Shown here: positions 45,099 through 56,049 of the stretch, piece after piece
Layout: every line of letters starts with the position of its first letter
Position numbering within the stretch: the stretch's first letter is position 1
Origin: a virus
IMG/VR virus record: IMGVR_UViG_3300029935_000002
Coordinates: 4,397-68,396 of that record
Reading direction: 5' to 3' (one strand)
Length of the DNA stretch: 64,000 nt
Notes under the pieces: generated by a model
Database searches by the model: none
What the model saw: the letters and a program-made list of their open reading frames with translations, nothing else
What the model was told of the DNA's origin: nothing
Program-made: the position numbers and the translations under genes

Positions 45099-46319
45099 AT
45101 GATTACTTTAAAAGAAGTTTTAGATGATCAGTTTAAAGATGTTGTCTTCGATAAACGACTCATGGATGCAATCTATCGTTATCAGGTTGAGTTCTTAAAT
45201 CGAAACAGTGAACATCTTGCGTTCTTTGGTAGTAACTTGATTGGCGTGCACGCCATTCGGTTTAGAGTCGCAGACACCTTAAAGTTTTATAAAGATGTCG
45301 TTGATGTCGACTATCTTGAACTTGAGAGAGCATTAAAGAAAGTTACAACCATTAGTCAAGAGTTTAAGATCATCAGCGATGCATTTAACTTGACAATGAT
45401 GTACATGGTGCATCGTTTAGCAACTTCACCAAAGCTGACAGACACACAGAAAAAGCGTGCGATCTATGACATGGCTTTGGTGTTCTTTTATCGCTGTATT
45501 GCAATTCGGCAAAGCGATTACTTTCATTTTCCTGCTGACCCTAAGATTGCTCAAGCCGCTTATGCGAAGTTGAGTAATAAGTTTCTGATTAAGAAAGTCG
45601 GGACATGGCGTGCTGTTATGGAATATCGCGCTAAAGAGCTGGTTGATCCAAAAGGGCTCCACTATCAGGCTTTGGTGGTCTTCATGGATGACACAGCAAT
45701 CACCTATGCCATCAGTGATAGTGAGAACCGTATTCGAGATCTTTATAAGAACTATTATAAGGTTTTCCATCAGGCGTATACAGAAGGCAATAAGATCACC
45801 AGTACTTCTTCAACCATGATCGATGCTGAAGGGGTTGAGAAAGTTAGAGAGAAGATTAATTCAACTGAACAATACGTTTCCTACATTCGAACAGCCATCC
45901 TTGATAAACCAAGTTTTGTACGTTCTGATTTAGTTGAGGCAATTGTTAGTATTAATACGAATACCAGTCAACGTATGCTGACATTCACATTAGGATGGTT
46001 AAGTGATCAGTACAATAATCCAAAATACCATCTGAAGATTGATGAATACATTCGTTTGATCGTTATTCATAGTTTTCATCTTCTTAGTGAATCAGATCCT
46101 AAGATTTTGAAAGACTATCCAAGTCTTCTTTTACTATTAAAGAACCTCTATCTTTCAACTCGGTCTTCGGATGAAGATCTTTTAAAGATCCGTAAACTTG
46201 GAGATGAGTTAATTAAAGCAGCAAACGGAAGTATCAATAATAGCCTAGCTATGGCAACAAGAACCTCGACGATTCTCTATATTACTTTAAGAGCCATCAT
46301 CGTTTCGGCGTCCCGCTAA
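45099..46319 (+). CDS. Conserved Chimalliviridae protein (406 aa)
   Basis: Long helical ORF upstream of terminase; function not recognised. Confidence 0.65.
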   Translation: MITLKEVLDDQFKDVVFDKRLMDAIYRYQVEFLNRNSEHLAFFGSNLIGVHAIRFRVADTLKFYKDVVDVDYLELERALKKVTTISQEFKIISDAFNLTMMYMVHRLATSPKLTDTQKKRAIYDMALVFFYRCIAIRQSDYFHFPADPKIAQAAYAKLSNKFLIKKVGTWRAVMEYRAKELVDPKGLHYQALVVFMDDTAITYAISDSENRIRDLYKNYYKVFHQAYTEGNKITSTSSTMIDAEGVEKVREKINSTEQYVSYIRTAILDKPSFVRSDLVEAIVSINTNTSQRMLTFTLGWLSDQYNNPKYHLKIDEYIRLIVIHSFHLLSESDPKILKDYPSLLLLLKNLYLSTRSSDEDLLKIRKLGDELIKAANGSINNSLAMATRTSTILYITLRAIIVSASR

Positions 46320-46381
46320 AAACTTTTCCTAAAATCAGATGGCGGATTCACTATGCCGGAAAGATAAGGAGGATATCTTCC

Positions 46382-46795
46382 ATGGGCAGGTTCTTTAAAA
46401 GTCTTAAAGAAGGACTACTTCGCGCAAAGTTATATTTCTTTGGTGTACGGTTCTATGAGTGGGTAGATGTAAGCGAATGTCGTCCTGTCCATGAAGTTGA
46501 GTACTTTTTGGATAATAAGTATCATGTTCGTTTTATCGTCTATCAAATTGACTGTGTCGATTTTGTACTTCGTCAAGGAAGTCTTGTTGGCGACACCTAT
46601 TCAAGTTTTATTGTGAGGGCGTATTTCTCAGATGAAGATACTCTACCTCAAGCTTTGAAACTCATGAATAAAAAGTGTTATTACTTCAATGGACAAATGA
46701 ATGAATTTGGTAAGGATAATGAAGCAATTCTATCTTTACTAAGTGATGTTTATTTGGATATGATCTATGCGCAGCTTAAAAAAGAAAAGAAGTGA
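46382..46795 (+). CDS. Hypothetical protein (137 aa)
   Basis: AAGGAGG RBS. Confidence 0.65.
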   Translation: MGRFFKSLKEGLLRAKLYFFGVRFYEWVDVSECRPVHEVEYFLDNKYHVRFIVYQIDCVDFVLRQGSLVGDTYSSFIVRAYFSDEDTLPQALKLMNKKCYYFNGQMNEFGKDNEAILSLLSDVYLDMIYAQLKKEKK

Positions 46796-46800
46796 GTGTG

Positions 46801-46844
46801 ATGATACAGCGAGAGAGGCATTATAGCCTCTCTCGCTGTATCAT
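46801..46844 (+). terminator. 19-bp hairpin
   Basis: ATGATACAGCGAGAGAGGC-attata-GCCTCTCTCGCTGTATCAT followed by CTCTGTTCTTTTT. Confidence 0.75.
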
Positions 46845-46916
46845 CTCTGTTCTTTTTAAATAAACACAAGAAATCGTGGTGAGTGAGTAACACCCTATTT
46901 TAAGGTCTGCCCCTAT

Positions 46917-49079
46917 ATGACTATCTTGTTCAAAGACGACTGGAAGAAATATCCAAAAGCTGTTGCCGATATCGACACCCCAAATAAATCTTTTTTACGT
47001 TTTGCTACGCTATTAAAAGAGATGGGAGTAGAAAACCATCTTTTCTGTTTATCAACACTTGATCCAGATCTCATCGGTAAAGATCCGTATGATCCTAATA
47101 TTACGCCTGAGATTGCATTAAAGATGGCGATTGAGGCCAAACGAAACTTCTGGTGGTTCCTTAGAAACTGTGCTAGAGATCCAGCAGGTTCTAATGAGTT
47201 TCCGATTCTCTTTAATGCCAATCGTGGAATTATGTCAACTTATTGGTTGTTCTTTAACCATGTCTTGACATTCCTGATTATGATTCGTCAAACAGGTAAG
47301 AGCTTTGGCGTTGACTGGCTAACGACTTACCTTATCAATGTGCGCTTAACGAAAACTGAAATCTCCTACTTAACTAAGGATGAAAAGCTCAGAGGTCGCT
47401 CTGTCGACCGTTTAAAAGGAATCGAGACAGCACTTCCACCCTTTTTAAAACAGCGTTCAAATCGAGATCCTGGTAACACTGAAGTGTTTAAAGTCAGTGC
47501 TTTGGATAACTCAATTAAGCTTTATGTTCCAAATCGATCTCCTAAGCTCGCTGACTTAGTAGGTCGAGGCATGACTTCTCCAATTACTGTTGTTGATGAG
47601 TTTGCTTATATTCATAATAATGCCATTACGATTCCCGTTATGCTCTCAGCGACACTGGCAGCTCGAGAAGTCGCAGCATTGAAAAATGAACCTTATGGCA
47701 ACATCTTCATGACAACCTCAGGTAAGAGAGATACGCCTGAAGGGCGCTATGCCTATAACTTCATGCAAAGTTGTGCAATCTGGTCAGAATCGTTTTATGA
47801 CGCATCTAACATTGAAGAACTGCATAAAATGATTTTGAAAGCAGGGAACGGGAAAGATCTTCGCGTTAATTGCACCTTCAACCACAGACAACTTGGTAAG
47901 TCTGATCAGTGGTTAAAAGATCGCTTAAGGGAATCAGCTCAAGAAGACCCCATTCAGATTAAAGCTGACTTCTTGAATGAATGGCCTTCTGGTACAACAT
48001 CTAGTCCATTCCCGCAGGAGATCGCTGAAGCAATGCGAGCTTCTGAGGTACTTGATCACTATCTTGAAATTGCTGAACCTGAAGCCTATGCGCTTCGTTG
48101 GTATTATCAAGAAGAAGAGATCAAACATAAAATGTTAACACCGCATGTGTTAGGTTCAGATCCTTCTGAAGCGATTGGAAGCGATGCGATTGGCTTAACC
48201 CTTCGAAATGTTTTAACAGGTGAAGTGGCTATGGTAGCCGATATCACAGAAGGTAACTTAATTGCATTTTGTCGTTGGTTAGGTTCATTTCTTCAAAAAT
48301 ATCCAACCGTTACATTGATTATTGAGCGCCGCAGCACAGGCGCGATGATTATTGATTATCTCTTAGAGTTTCTACCGTCATTTGGCATTGATCCTTTTAA
48401 ACGGATCTATAATCAAGTTGTGCAGTTTCATGAAGAGTTTCCTGATCGCTTTAAAGAGATTCAAATGCCTTTTAATTCAAGAGAGAATCTTTACTTAAAG
48501 TATAAAAAGTATTTTGGATGGGCTACGAGTGGAACAGGAACCACTTCTCGTAGTGAGCTCTTTAGTCGAACCCTCAATAGCGCAACTAAAATGACCGGTA
48601 CGTTAATGAAGGATCGAAAACTGATTCTTCAAACACTTGGACTTGAGATTAGAAATGGTCGTATTGATCACCAAGAAGGTGAACACGATGACCTCGTGGT
48701 CGCATGGATGCTTACGTTTTGGATGATCTCTTTAGGAAAGAATCTTCGCTACTATGGAATTGATCCAAGTAAAGTTCTCTCTGAAAACCCAGTTTATCAT
48801 GCACAGCTTAAGGTGGTTTCAGCCTATGAACAATCTGAAGCCCTTAAAGCACGAGAAGATGTTGAACGTCTAACTCAACAGCTCAAAGATGAAAGTGATG
48901 AATATGTTGCTCGTCGTCTTGAGTATGATCTTGAAAGAGCTATTTCTAAACTCTCAGATCAAGATCGCCAAATTGTATCAGCAGATGACTTGATCAATAA
49001 ACTCAGAGATGAGCGAGCACGAAATGTCAGACGACCTTATATCGGATCAAGCGAGAGCAGTTTTTACAGATCTTATTAA
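46917..49079 (+). CDS. terL: Terminase large subunit (720 aa)
   Basis: Walker A MIRQTGKS, Walker B VVDEFAYI, nuclease LGSDPSEA and HDDLV. Confidence 0.93.
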   Translation: MTILFKDDWKKYPKAVADIDTPNKSFLRFATLLKEMGVENHLFCLSTLDPDLIGKDPYDPNITPEIALKMAIEAKRNFWWFLRNCARDPAGSNEFPILFNANRGIMSTYWLFFNHVLTFLIMIRQTGKSFGVDWLTTYLINVRLTKTEISYLTKDEKLRGRSVDRLKGIETALPPFLKQRSNRDPGNTEVFKVSALDNSIKLYVPNRSPKLADLVGRGMTSPITVVDEFAYIHNNAITIPVMLSATLAAREVAALKNEPYGNIFMTTSGKRDTPEGRYAYNFMQSCAIWSESFYDASNIEELHKMILKAGNGKDLRVNCTFNHRQLGKSDQWLKDRLRESAQEDPIQIKADFLNEWPSGTTSSPFPQEIAEAMRASEVLDHYLEIAEPEAYALRWYYQEEEIKHKMLTPHVLGSDPSEAIGSDAIGLTLRNVLTGEVAMVADITEGNLIAFCRWLGSFLQKYPTVTLIIERRSTGAMIIDYLLEFLPSFGIDPFKRIYNQVVQFHEEFPDRFKEIQMPFNSRENLYLKYKKYFGWATSGTGTTSRSELFSRTLNSATKMTGTLMKDRKLILQTLGLEIRNGRIDHQEGEHDDLVVAWMLTFWMISLGKNLRYYGIDPSKVLSENPVYHAQLKVVSAYEQSEALKAREDVERLTQQLKDESDEYVARRLEYDLERAISKLSDQDRQIVSADDLINKLRDERARNVRRPYIGSSESSFYRSY

Positions 49080-49326
49080 GACATGCCTAGAGATTGAGAA
49101 TATAGTCTCAAAGATTCTATCAGAAGGACCCCAAGCGCCTTATAGAAAAGATATTGACATTACTAATACCCAGTACTTAGAAATCAAACTGGGGTTCTTA
49201 AAGACCCTTTTAAAGGTTTCTGGAGTAATTGGTGTTGTTGATATGGCAGAGGTAGATATGCATGCTCGACTTCGACTTGAAGAACTTAAACATTTTGAAA
49301 GAAAAAGGAATAAAGATGGTTTATGA
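49009..49326 (+). CDS. Hypothetical protein (105 aa)
   Basis: Overlaps terL end; ORF track. Confidence 0.5.
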   Translation: MSEHEMSDDLISDQARAVFTDLIKTCLEIENIVSKILSEGPQAPYRKDIDITNTQYLEIKLGFLKTLLKVSGVIGVVDMAEVDMHARLRLEELKHFERKRNKDGL

Positions 49327-49642
49327 AAAACCTTTTAATCAACTCTCACCAGCTGAACTTGAAAGACTCTCTGTATTAATGGGGGAACTTGGAGAATCTG
49401 TTCAAGTTATAGGAAAGATTCTTCAACATGGTTATGAAAGTCAAGACCCTTATAATCCTGAACAAATCACAAATCGACAACATCTTGAAAAAGAACTTGG
49501 TGATGTTTTAAATGGAATTCATTTACTTTGTAAAGCGTCTGATGTAGACATTAATGTGATTCAGCAACAAGCTATTTATAAACGTAGCGTAATTGGGCAG
49601 TGGCTACATCATCAAAATCTTGAAAAGTTACTTGAAGATTAA
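49262..49642 (+). CDS. MazG-like NTP pyrophosphohydrolase (true start probably 49316, MVYEKP)
   Basis: GELGESVQVIGK...HLEKELGDVL pattern; AAGGA precedes MVYE. Confidence 0.7.
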   Translation: MLDFDLKNLNILKEKGIKMVYEKPFNQLSPAELERLSVLMGELGESVQVIGKILQHGYESQDPYNPEQITNRQHLEKELGDVLNGIHLLCKASDVDINVIQQQAIYKRSVIGQWLHHQNLEKLLED

Positions 49643-49653
49643 AAAAAAAATAC

Positions 49654-49689
49654 CACAGAGAGGAAGGGTTTAAACCCTTCCTCTCTGTG
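49654..49689. terminator. Bidirectional terminator, perfect 36-bp palindrome
   Basis: CACAGAGAGGAAGGGTTTAAACCCTTCCTCTCTGTG with A-run to the left. Confidence 0.8.
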
Positions 49690-49696
49690 TAATACC

Positions 49697-50611
49697 TTAC
49701 ACTACTTTGAACTTCTTAATAACTGTATCTTTGGCAGTAAGGTCCAAATACGTCTTGACACTCACGATGTTTTTAGGAATATTGTACGCACTATAAACAA
49801 CTGGCGCATACGAACCCATTGTTACATGGATCACTTTTTTCTTTGACAAAGCCAGGCGACGAAGAAGACCATGGCAGTCAGAACTCGTGGTTGTCACAAT
49901 GTAAAAGCTTAAATTATTCCCAAAAATGACTTGCCGACACTTATTAGAAATAACACGGTTAATCTGACTCTGTTCTTCAATAAAGAGTTTGATCTCTTCA
50001 TCAGTGACTTTAGTCACCATGTAGAAATCCTCAATCTTTAAAGGAGAACCGTGATAGTTTTGATTAGACAAACTGAGGATATTGTAATACGCACAAGCTT
50101 CTTCAGCGGAGAGTTCTTCACTCATGAAGTTTTCAGCTAAAACAGCAAAACGCATATAGCGTTGATGTTGTTCTACTGAGAGAAACTCTTTCTCGAGTGC
50201 ATAGGCAAGCATCTGCCCTACAATGTTATCAGCCGGCTCAGGATCTTGCACTTTCAGACTTGAAAAATGCGTGCTGTTGTCACGCATATAAGTGTACCAT
50301 TTGCGTTCTTCTTCGCTATTGATCTGTTCCATCATACCGTGGTAATATTCCCTAAACTGACTAATTGTACCAGTTCCAAACCAGAAATACTGATCAATAT
50401 CATTCGAGAACGCATCACGAACATCGAGCAGGATTAATTCCTTACTATTGGCAAAATCAGAAGACTCATAGATCATCTTGAAAAGAACTGCAGCAGTAAA
50501 GCTTGAATGATCGGGGTAATTAAAGATGATCCCGACCTTTCGAATAGGACGATCAACTTCTTGTTTTTTCAGGAAGAAAGGAAGACCAAGGATTTCAGCA
50601 ACTTGATTCAT
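49697..50611 (-). CDS. Hypothetical protein, possibly degenerate DHH-family fold (304 aa)
   Basis: IIFNYPDHSSFTAAVLF and ILLDV resemble DHH motifs I/II but lack canonical DxDG and DHH. Confidence 0.5.
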   Translation of the reverse strand: MNQVAEILGLPFFLKKQEVDRPIRKVGIIFNYPDHSSFTAAVLFKMIYESSDFANSKELILLDVRDAFSNDIDQYFWFGTGTISQFREYYHGMMEQINSEEERKWYTYMRDNSTHFSSLKVQDPEPADNIVGQMLAYALEKEFLSVEQHQRYMRFAVLAENFMSEELSAEEACAYYNILSLSNQNYHGSPLKIEDFYMVTKVTDEEIKLFIEEQSQINRVISNKCRQVIFGNNLSFYIVTTTSSDCHGLLRRLALSKKKVIHVTMGSYAPVVYSAYNIPKNIVSVKTYLDLTAKDTVIKKFKVV

Positions 50612-50703
50612 GGTAGGTTCTCCAGAGATAGAAGGTAGAAATTAAGCATCTGTGGTATGCTCTATTAAAATCTAGATGATTGAAATAAATTCCAAAGGTG
50701 ATC

Positions 50704-50733
50704 ACAGGGAGAAGGCTTTAGCCTTCTCCCTGT
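50704..50733 (-). terminator. Terminator hairpin
   Basis: ACAGGGAGAAGGC-ttta-GCCTTCTCCCTGT. Confidence 0.75.
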
Positions 50734-50746
50734 TCTTTAAGTGTAT

Positions 50747-52414
50747 TTAGACACCTTTAATCATAGCAGCTGCATAGCTCAACTGAAGATCACCCGACGC
50801 AGTTCGACGAATGAATCGAATCAGTGCCGTTGTTCCTGCATTAACAGCTGCGCTAATATTGAGATCTTGATCCCATTGACTAATCGACCATTCTGTACGA
50901 TCGTTTCCGTACGTCACAATAAAGTGTGTAGGAGCGGGTGCTTCGTTTTCTTGAAGCGTATTGACCATAGGAAGCGTATCTTTATAATACGCTTTTAACC
51001 AATCGTTAAAGGTATTGTGTCCTGCTTTAAAGTTAACAAGGTTGTTGTTCTTCAAACCATAGACCTGAATCCCAAAGCGCGGATAGCTTTCATTGGACTC
51101 AGTTGTAACGGTCCATGCGGCTTGAAGCGCATTTGTCGGCGGTTCATTTAAAACGATATCAACCACTTGAGTATGAATAAACGGAATAAAGCTACCAGAG
51201 ACATCTCTTAGATTGATCGAGACGGCTTTTCGTTGAAGGTAGCCATAGAGTTTAGGATCATACGGACCTGTGTTTTCTGCAAACTTAACATGGTTAGTGA
51301 CTTCAAACCGAACATTACGCGTCAAGTTCAATAACCACCAACGCATGCGATACCCGAAAGCTTCCCCTTCCCAGAAAGGATAGCCAAAGAGTTTAACCGC
51401 AATACTGTTATTAGGATTCGTTGTTACAATCCTAAAAGGTTTGGTGATGTACTTTCCATTAACACCAGTGGATGCATAAGCGATTTCACCTGGCGACATG
51501 AGATAGCGTAAGACCAACTCATGAGGCTGTCCAATGATTGACGAGAGCCGACCCTGAAGGCCTAACATGGCAAATTTACCGCCATCGACAGGAAGCTTCA
51601 GTTTAGTTCCATCCGAGTAATGGACAACACCCACCATGTTGAGAGCGTCCATTGGGATATTCAACGGATAGTCCAGCTGATCCGCCACCGTAGGAGATAG
51701 CCAGATTGATTCCAGGGAGATTTCCGTGATGTATTTTGTACCGGTATTGACATCGGTAATGGTATCCGTATTTTCAATAAGGAGTTGTCGCTTAGAGACG
51801 ACATGGCCGTCATCTGCATAGATGACAACTGTGATCCTTTCATTATTCGGAATCTTTCGAGTGATGTGACAGCGCTTAACTGATTTAACAGCGTAGTTGA
51901 CATGACTATCTAAAGCTACGAGCTCCAGTGGTACAGAAGTCGAAATAAAGTTACCACTTGCGTCATAGACCTTCGAGATCACTTCACCACGGGCTTCACT
52001 GGTATCAGAACCCAAGAAGATCTTGGCATAGCTGCTCATTGTCCCATGAATCTTTAGACGTTGATCGACAGCTAAAGTATGCGGATAGACACTGTCATTC
52101 AAATAAGCCCGATAAGTTTCTGCATCACTACCAGGACCTACACCAAAAAGAACATCATCTTCCGATAAAGAATAGTTCATCCCAGCTGGTTTAATAGAAC
52201 GCAGAGTCGGAACCAGTGTTACAGGATCAAGGTGATCTACAATCCATGTCTCAAAAGTCATAGGGTCAATGACATAGTCGTTTTGTCGAGGAACAAAACG
52301 ATTAGAGCCATATTCACCTTGCCAGACAACATTGATATCCCAGATTCGCCACAGTCCTTCTGGGTCATAGATAGGCACCACGCCATCGACTGAACCTACA
52401 ACGTTACCTGCCAT
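50747..52414 (-). CDS. Virion baseplate/tail protein (phiKZ gp26-like position, 555 aa)
   Basis: Beta-rich; inverted trio between terL and sheath as in phiKZ-like phages. Confidence 0.6.
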   Translation of the reverse strand: MAGNVVGSVDGVVPIYDPEGLWRIWDINVVWQGEYGSNRFVPRQNDYVIDPMTFETWIVDHLDPVTLVPTLRSIKPAGMNYSLSEDDVLFGVGPGSDAETYRAYLNDSVYPHTLAVDQRLKIHGTMSSYAKIFLGSDTSEARGEVISKVYDASGNFISTSVPLELVALDSHVNYAVKSVKRCHITRKIPNNERITVVIYADDGHVVSKRQLLIENTDTITDVNTGTKYITEISLESIWLSPTVADQLDYPLNIPMDALNMVGVVHYSDGTKLKLPVDGGKFAMLGLQGRLSSIIGQPHELVLRYLMSPGEIAYASTGVNGKYITKPFRIVTTNPNNSIAVKLFGYPFWEGEAFGYRMRWWLLNLTRNVRFEVTNHVKFAENTGPYDPKLYGYLQRKAVSINLRDVSGSFIPFIHTQVVDIVLNEPPTNALQAAWTVTTESNESYPRFGIQVYGLKNNNLVNFKAGHNTFNDWLKAYYKDTLPMVNTLQENEAPAPTHFIVTYGNDRTEWSISQWDQDLNISAAVNAGTTALIRFIRRTASGDLQLSYAAAMIKGV

Positions 52415-52418
52415 TGTC

Positions 52419-55010
52419 TTAACCTCCTAACGATACATTTAAATACGGACTTAATTGAATCAGACCTTTTCCGTAGAGCGCGACAACGCGCTGCATGAAT
52501 TTATAGCTATAGAGATCGAGTCCAACCGCTGCTGTCAGCTGTGTCGGATGAATAACAATATAGCGTTGGTCTATCTTTAAGTTTTCATTCAAAGGATCAG
52601 TCTCAAGCAAGTACTCATATGGCGCACATAACTCAAGAACATCCATTTCTTCTAGTGTGCTTTCTAAGCGTGACTTATCAAATTGACCAGAAGCAAGATC
52701 ACTGACAATGTGGCTAAAGAAGGGGCTATAGAGCATATGGCGATTTGAAATTGCGCTAACAGCGTTTCTATCAGGCTGAGGATATTTCAAAGTCATGTAT
52801 TCTTTGATTCTCTGATCAAGATCTTCAGAGCGTACACGAAGGCGATAAGTCTCTTCTTGCGTCAGTGTTCGCAATGGAACAATGACATCTTTAATTTGAT
52901 AAGGCGCGCCATTGAGCACATTAACAACACTGACGCCACTGTGGTCTTCTGAAAACTTAAGATCGGAACGATGTTTGATTTCACCTCGTACAGAAATCCT
53001 CAAGACTTTATCGTCACGGATATCAAACTCAGAGTCATTTGACAGAACACCATGTTCGACAAAACCATAATCTTCAGGTTGTCGCATCTTGAGACTCTCA
53101 TCGCAAAACCCAGTAAAGCGAACAACAATGGTTTGCGATGAAGAGCCTGCAGGTTGTCTTAAATAAGTTTTATTAAAGATCATAACTCGTGGAAAAGCAA
53201 CCACGTAGTCAAGACCCTGAATTAGCGCTTTACCGTTGAGCCAGATATCTAGATCTCCCATTGGAACCGTCATGACTCTTTCAAGTCCGTCAACGGTCTC
53301 AGTGAGGTCAAAATAATAGGTTCCAGCAACCGCATTAAGTTCGAATGTGTAGGTTAAGAACTTTTCATCCGTTCTCACCATTAAGTATTGGTCAGTTTCC
53401 AGATTGTTCCAAATGAGAACATTATCAACAACTTGATAAAGATTGGAGTCTGTAATATCGCGCCAGTCGTTATTAGGTAAACCATCGACTAAATAACACA
53501 TATAAACGCGATAGCTGTGTATAGACGGAAGATCGATATTGTCTGATCCATAGGTAACTGAAGGTTCGGGACTTCCTAACCCAACCACACCTTCAACAAT
53601 ACGTGTTTGACTATTTCTGGCTGTGTAGACGGTTCCAAGCATGTGATGATGGTATCCTAAAAGAACACCAGCTGCGTCATGTTCGTATACAGTGCTTTTC
53701 TCATATAGACCGATTGGAAGTTCTACAACCTGAACACCGTTAAATAAACGAGTTTTAGTTGGCGTATCACCAATGATCTTCGTAATAGCATTGTAACCGT
53801 AAGCACGTTCAATGAGGTCAATATTAATTTCTTTATACGGCGTTCTCATCAATTCCGTATACGCTGAATCTTCTAGTTGTACTGCAGTCCACTCAGGGAT
53901 AACAGCATCAACTCCAACCATGGCGTTAACAACATCGTTATCGTTAAGTTTATAAAGCTCAAAGATTCTTTGATGATCGTAGACAAGCGGTCTTTTCAGA
54001 CCACTATTCCTGATATAAAGACGGATATAAAATCCTCGAAGATCTAACGGCTGAAGGCTGGTGAGTTCAGATAAAGAACGTGCAATATGTTCAAAGGTGT
54101 CAACAGGCACACTGTAGTCACGATGTGTGACCATCCTTAGCGCATCTTCTTTATTATGATGAAGATATTGGCCTTTAAATCGAACGCCGTCTTTCCTGAG
54201 TACATAAACATCAATATCGTCAACATAGTCAATCGTATCTTCTCCAGTCTTTGGATAATGGAGAAGATACTTATAACTATTATCGAGTTTACTCGTAAAT
54301 GTTTTTAAATTCTCAACCTTTAAATCTACAACGCGTTTAACAGACGCATCGTAAATATATTCAACAACATCTCCAATTTTAGCTGTAAAGAAATTGATTT
54401 CGTCAACTAAATGACCATTAACAAAACAAAAAACTTGACCTGGGCGTGTTTTGTGTTGAAGTACTTTCATCTGAATAGTGAGAATATCACTACTACGCTG
54501 AACCGTTAACCCACCTGTCTGAGTCTTATTAACTAAGGCTGCGCCTTGATTAGTTTCAAAAAAGGCATTGGTGTAGAGACGTAAATAGATTTGATCTCGT
54601 TGATAATCGATAGGAGATTTTCCTGTTAGATCAATCGCAAAGATTAAAGCTCGATCATCAGTGTACATATAGTACGCGCGATGAAGCGCTAGATGCACAC
54701 CTGTATCTGTATAAAGATCACAGAACAAAGGAAGTTTTTCAACTGTATCACTAAACTTTTTCCAGGTAGCTTTTGTCCAAGTTGGAAACCGAGGAAGAAG
54801 TCCAAGAACAGAAGGATGTGCTTGACCGACTTGAAAGATATGATAGCGTCGATCTTTCGTAGGTAAGTTAATTCGACGTGTCATAATGGGGAAAGAAATA
54901 AGTTCTCCCCCTGGGCGTGTGATTCGTTGAGCTGCTAAGATAACTTGATTATCTTGCTCAGGACTACACCACACGTTCTTACTGGCGTGTTCTCTGAGAA
55001 ATGAAAACAT
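52419..55010 (-). CDS. Virion baseplate/tail protein (phiKZ gp27-like position, 863 aa)
   Basis: Size and synteny. Confidence 0.6.
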   Translation of the reverse strand: MFSFLREHASKNVWCSPEQDNQVILAAQRITRPGGELISFPIMTRRINLPTKDRRYHIFQVGQAHPSVLGLLPRFPTWTKATWKKFSDTVEKLPLFCDLYTDTGVHLALHRAYYMYTDDRALIFAIDLTGKSPIDYQRDQIYLRLYTNAFFETNQGAALVNKTQTGGLTVQRSSDILTIQMKVLQHKTRPGQVFCFVNGHLVDEINFFTAKIGDVVEYIYDASVKRVVDLKVENLKTFTSKLDNSYKYLLHYPKTGEDTIDYVDDIDVYVLRKDGVRFKGQYLHHNKEDALRMVTHRDYSVPVDTFEHIARSLSELTSLQPLDLRGFYIRLYIRNSGLKRPLVYDHQRIFELYKLNDNDVVNAMVGVDAVIPEWTAVQLEDSAYTELMRTPYKEINIDLIERAYGYNAITKIIGDTPTKTRLFNGVQVVELPIGLYEKSTVYEHDAAGVLLGYHHHMLGTVYTARNSQTRIVEGVVGLGSPEPSVTYGSDNIDLPSIHSYRVYMCYLVDGLPNNDWRDITDSNLYQVVDNVLIWNNLETDQYLMVRTDEKFLTYTFELNAVAGTYYFDLTETVDGLERVMTVPMGDLDIWLNGKALIQGLDYVVAFPRVMIFNKTYLRQPAGSSSQTIVVRFTGFCDESLKMRQPEDYGFVEHGVLSNDSEFDIRDDKVLRISVRGEIKHRSDLKFSEDHSGVSVVNVLNGAPYQIKDVIVPLRTLTQEETYRLRVRSEDLDQRIKEYMTLKYPQPDRNAVSAISNRHMLYSPFFSHIVSDLASGQFDKSRLESTLEEMDVLELCAPYEYLLETDPLNENLKIDQRYIVIHPTQLTAAVGLDLYSYKFMQRVVALYGKGLIQLSPYLNVSLGG

Positions 55011-55015
55011 TTTTC

Positions 55016-56011
55016 TCAGTCCTCAAAGTCTTTAAATACAATTTCATTATCGGCGTCTTCAAAACTAACAATAGTTTCTTTCATTAAAGACTTATAGTTC
55101 ATCAAGAACTCATCACCATTTCCGCGCTTAGCTTGAAGTTCTACAATTTTATATAGCATCGATGACTTATAGCTGCGCTCAGTCGCTGTAGCGTAAACAA
55201 TCGAGATCCAGGTTGGCGGATGTTCCAGTGCAACACTGATCAAATCTTTTGAATTTGTACCATACCACGTATTACGAACCAAGGTCAGAAGCATGGCTAA
55301 GTTAAAGTCACGCAATCGAACATTCTCAACAACTTTCTTGACTTCATTACAGTAATCTTCAATCCCCTTAATCTCACCCAAGCCTTCAAATAAAGAATAG
55401 ACTTCAGATGCAGGGATTTTTGTCGTCTTAATGGTATGGATGACTGCTGTTTCAAGCGCACTATCGGTGAGGCGAGTCTCTGTGGTGAAAAGGCTGTAGT
55501 AATAGTACATTCCTACAGCTGTTACTTTCATTTGTTCTTGGAAATCTAAAGCGTATGCTCTGGCAATCGCTTGACTTAGCCAAGTAGCAAACACTGAACC
55601 TGCGAAGGAGAAGCGAGTACGAAGACTTGAAACTGAGTCCGAGAGCCAAAGCAGATTCAGAACAGTACGACTCTTGGCAAGTCCATATTCTGTCTTATTT
55701 CGAACATTCAGTTCAAACTCACGTTCAGTCAAAAACTCTCGTGAATTAGGACGGAATAAACGAAGGTCGGAGATTAAATAATTCTGACCTTTATAGTTCT
55801 GAATAAGGTAGGGATGGATAAATGGAGGAATGTTGTTTTCATCAGACCCTCCAATCACAAAGACAGCAGCGCATTGATCGATCTTTTCTACCCCAAGCCG
55901 CCGATAACCGAGACTCCCGGTGATCAAAGCTTCTTTCAGGGAAAGATCTAGTTTCTTCATATCGAAGATCTTCCCCACCGTTGTATCGTAACTCGTTTTG
56001 AACAGAGGCAT
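55016..56011 (-). CDS. Virion structural protein (phiKZ gp28-like position, 331 aa)
   Basis: Divergent from sheath; synteny. Confidence 0.6.
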   Translation of the reverse strand: MPLFKTSYDTTVGKIFDMKKLDLSLKEALITGSLGYRRLGVEKIDQCAAVFVIGGSDENNIPPFIHPYLIQNYKGQNYLISDLRLFRPNSREFLTEREFELNVRNKTEYGLAKSRTVLNLLWLSDSVSSLRTRFSFAGSVFATWLSQAIARAYALDFQEQMKVTAVGMYYYYSLFTTETRLTDSALETAVIHTIKTTKIPASEVYSLFEGLGEIKGIEDYCNEVKKVVENVRLRDFNLAMLLTLVRNTWYGTNSKDLISVALEHPPTWISIVYATATERSYKSSMLYKIVELQAKRGNGDEFLMNYKSLMKETIVSFEDADNEIVFKDFED

Positions 56012-56049
56012 TCTTTTTCTCCACTTCTTCTAAAGAGAGGATTTGACAC

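Noticed and set aside
46917-49079. Inteins in terminase, polymerase halves or DnaB
   Set aside because: Sizes are ordinary and no C...HN-C/S/T block or LAGLIDADG insert was seen.
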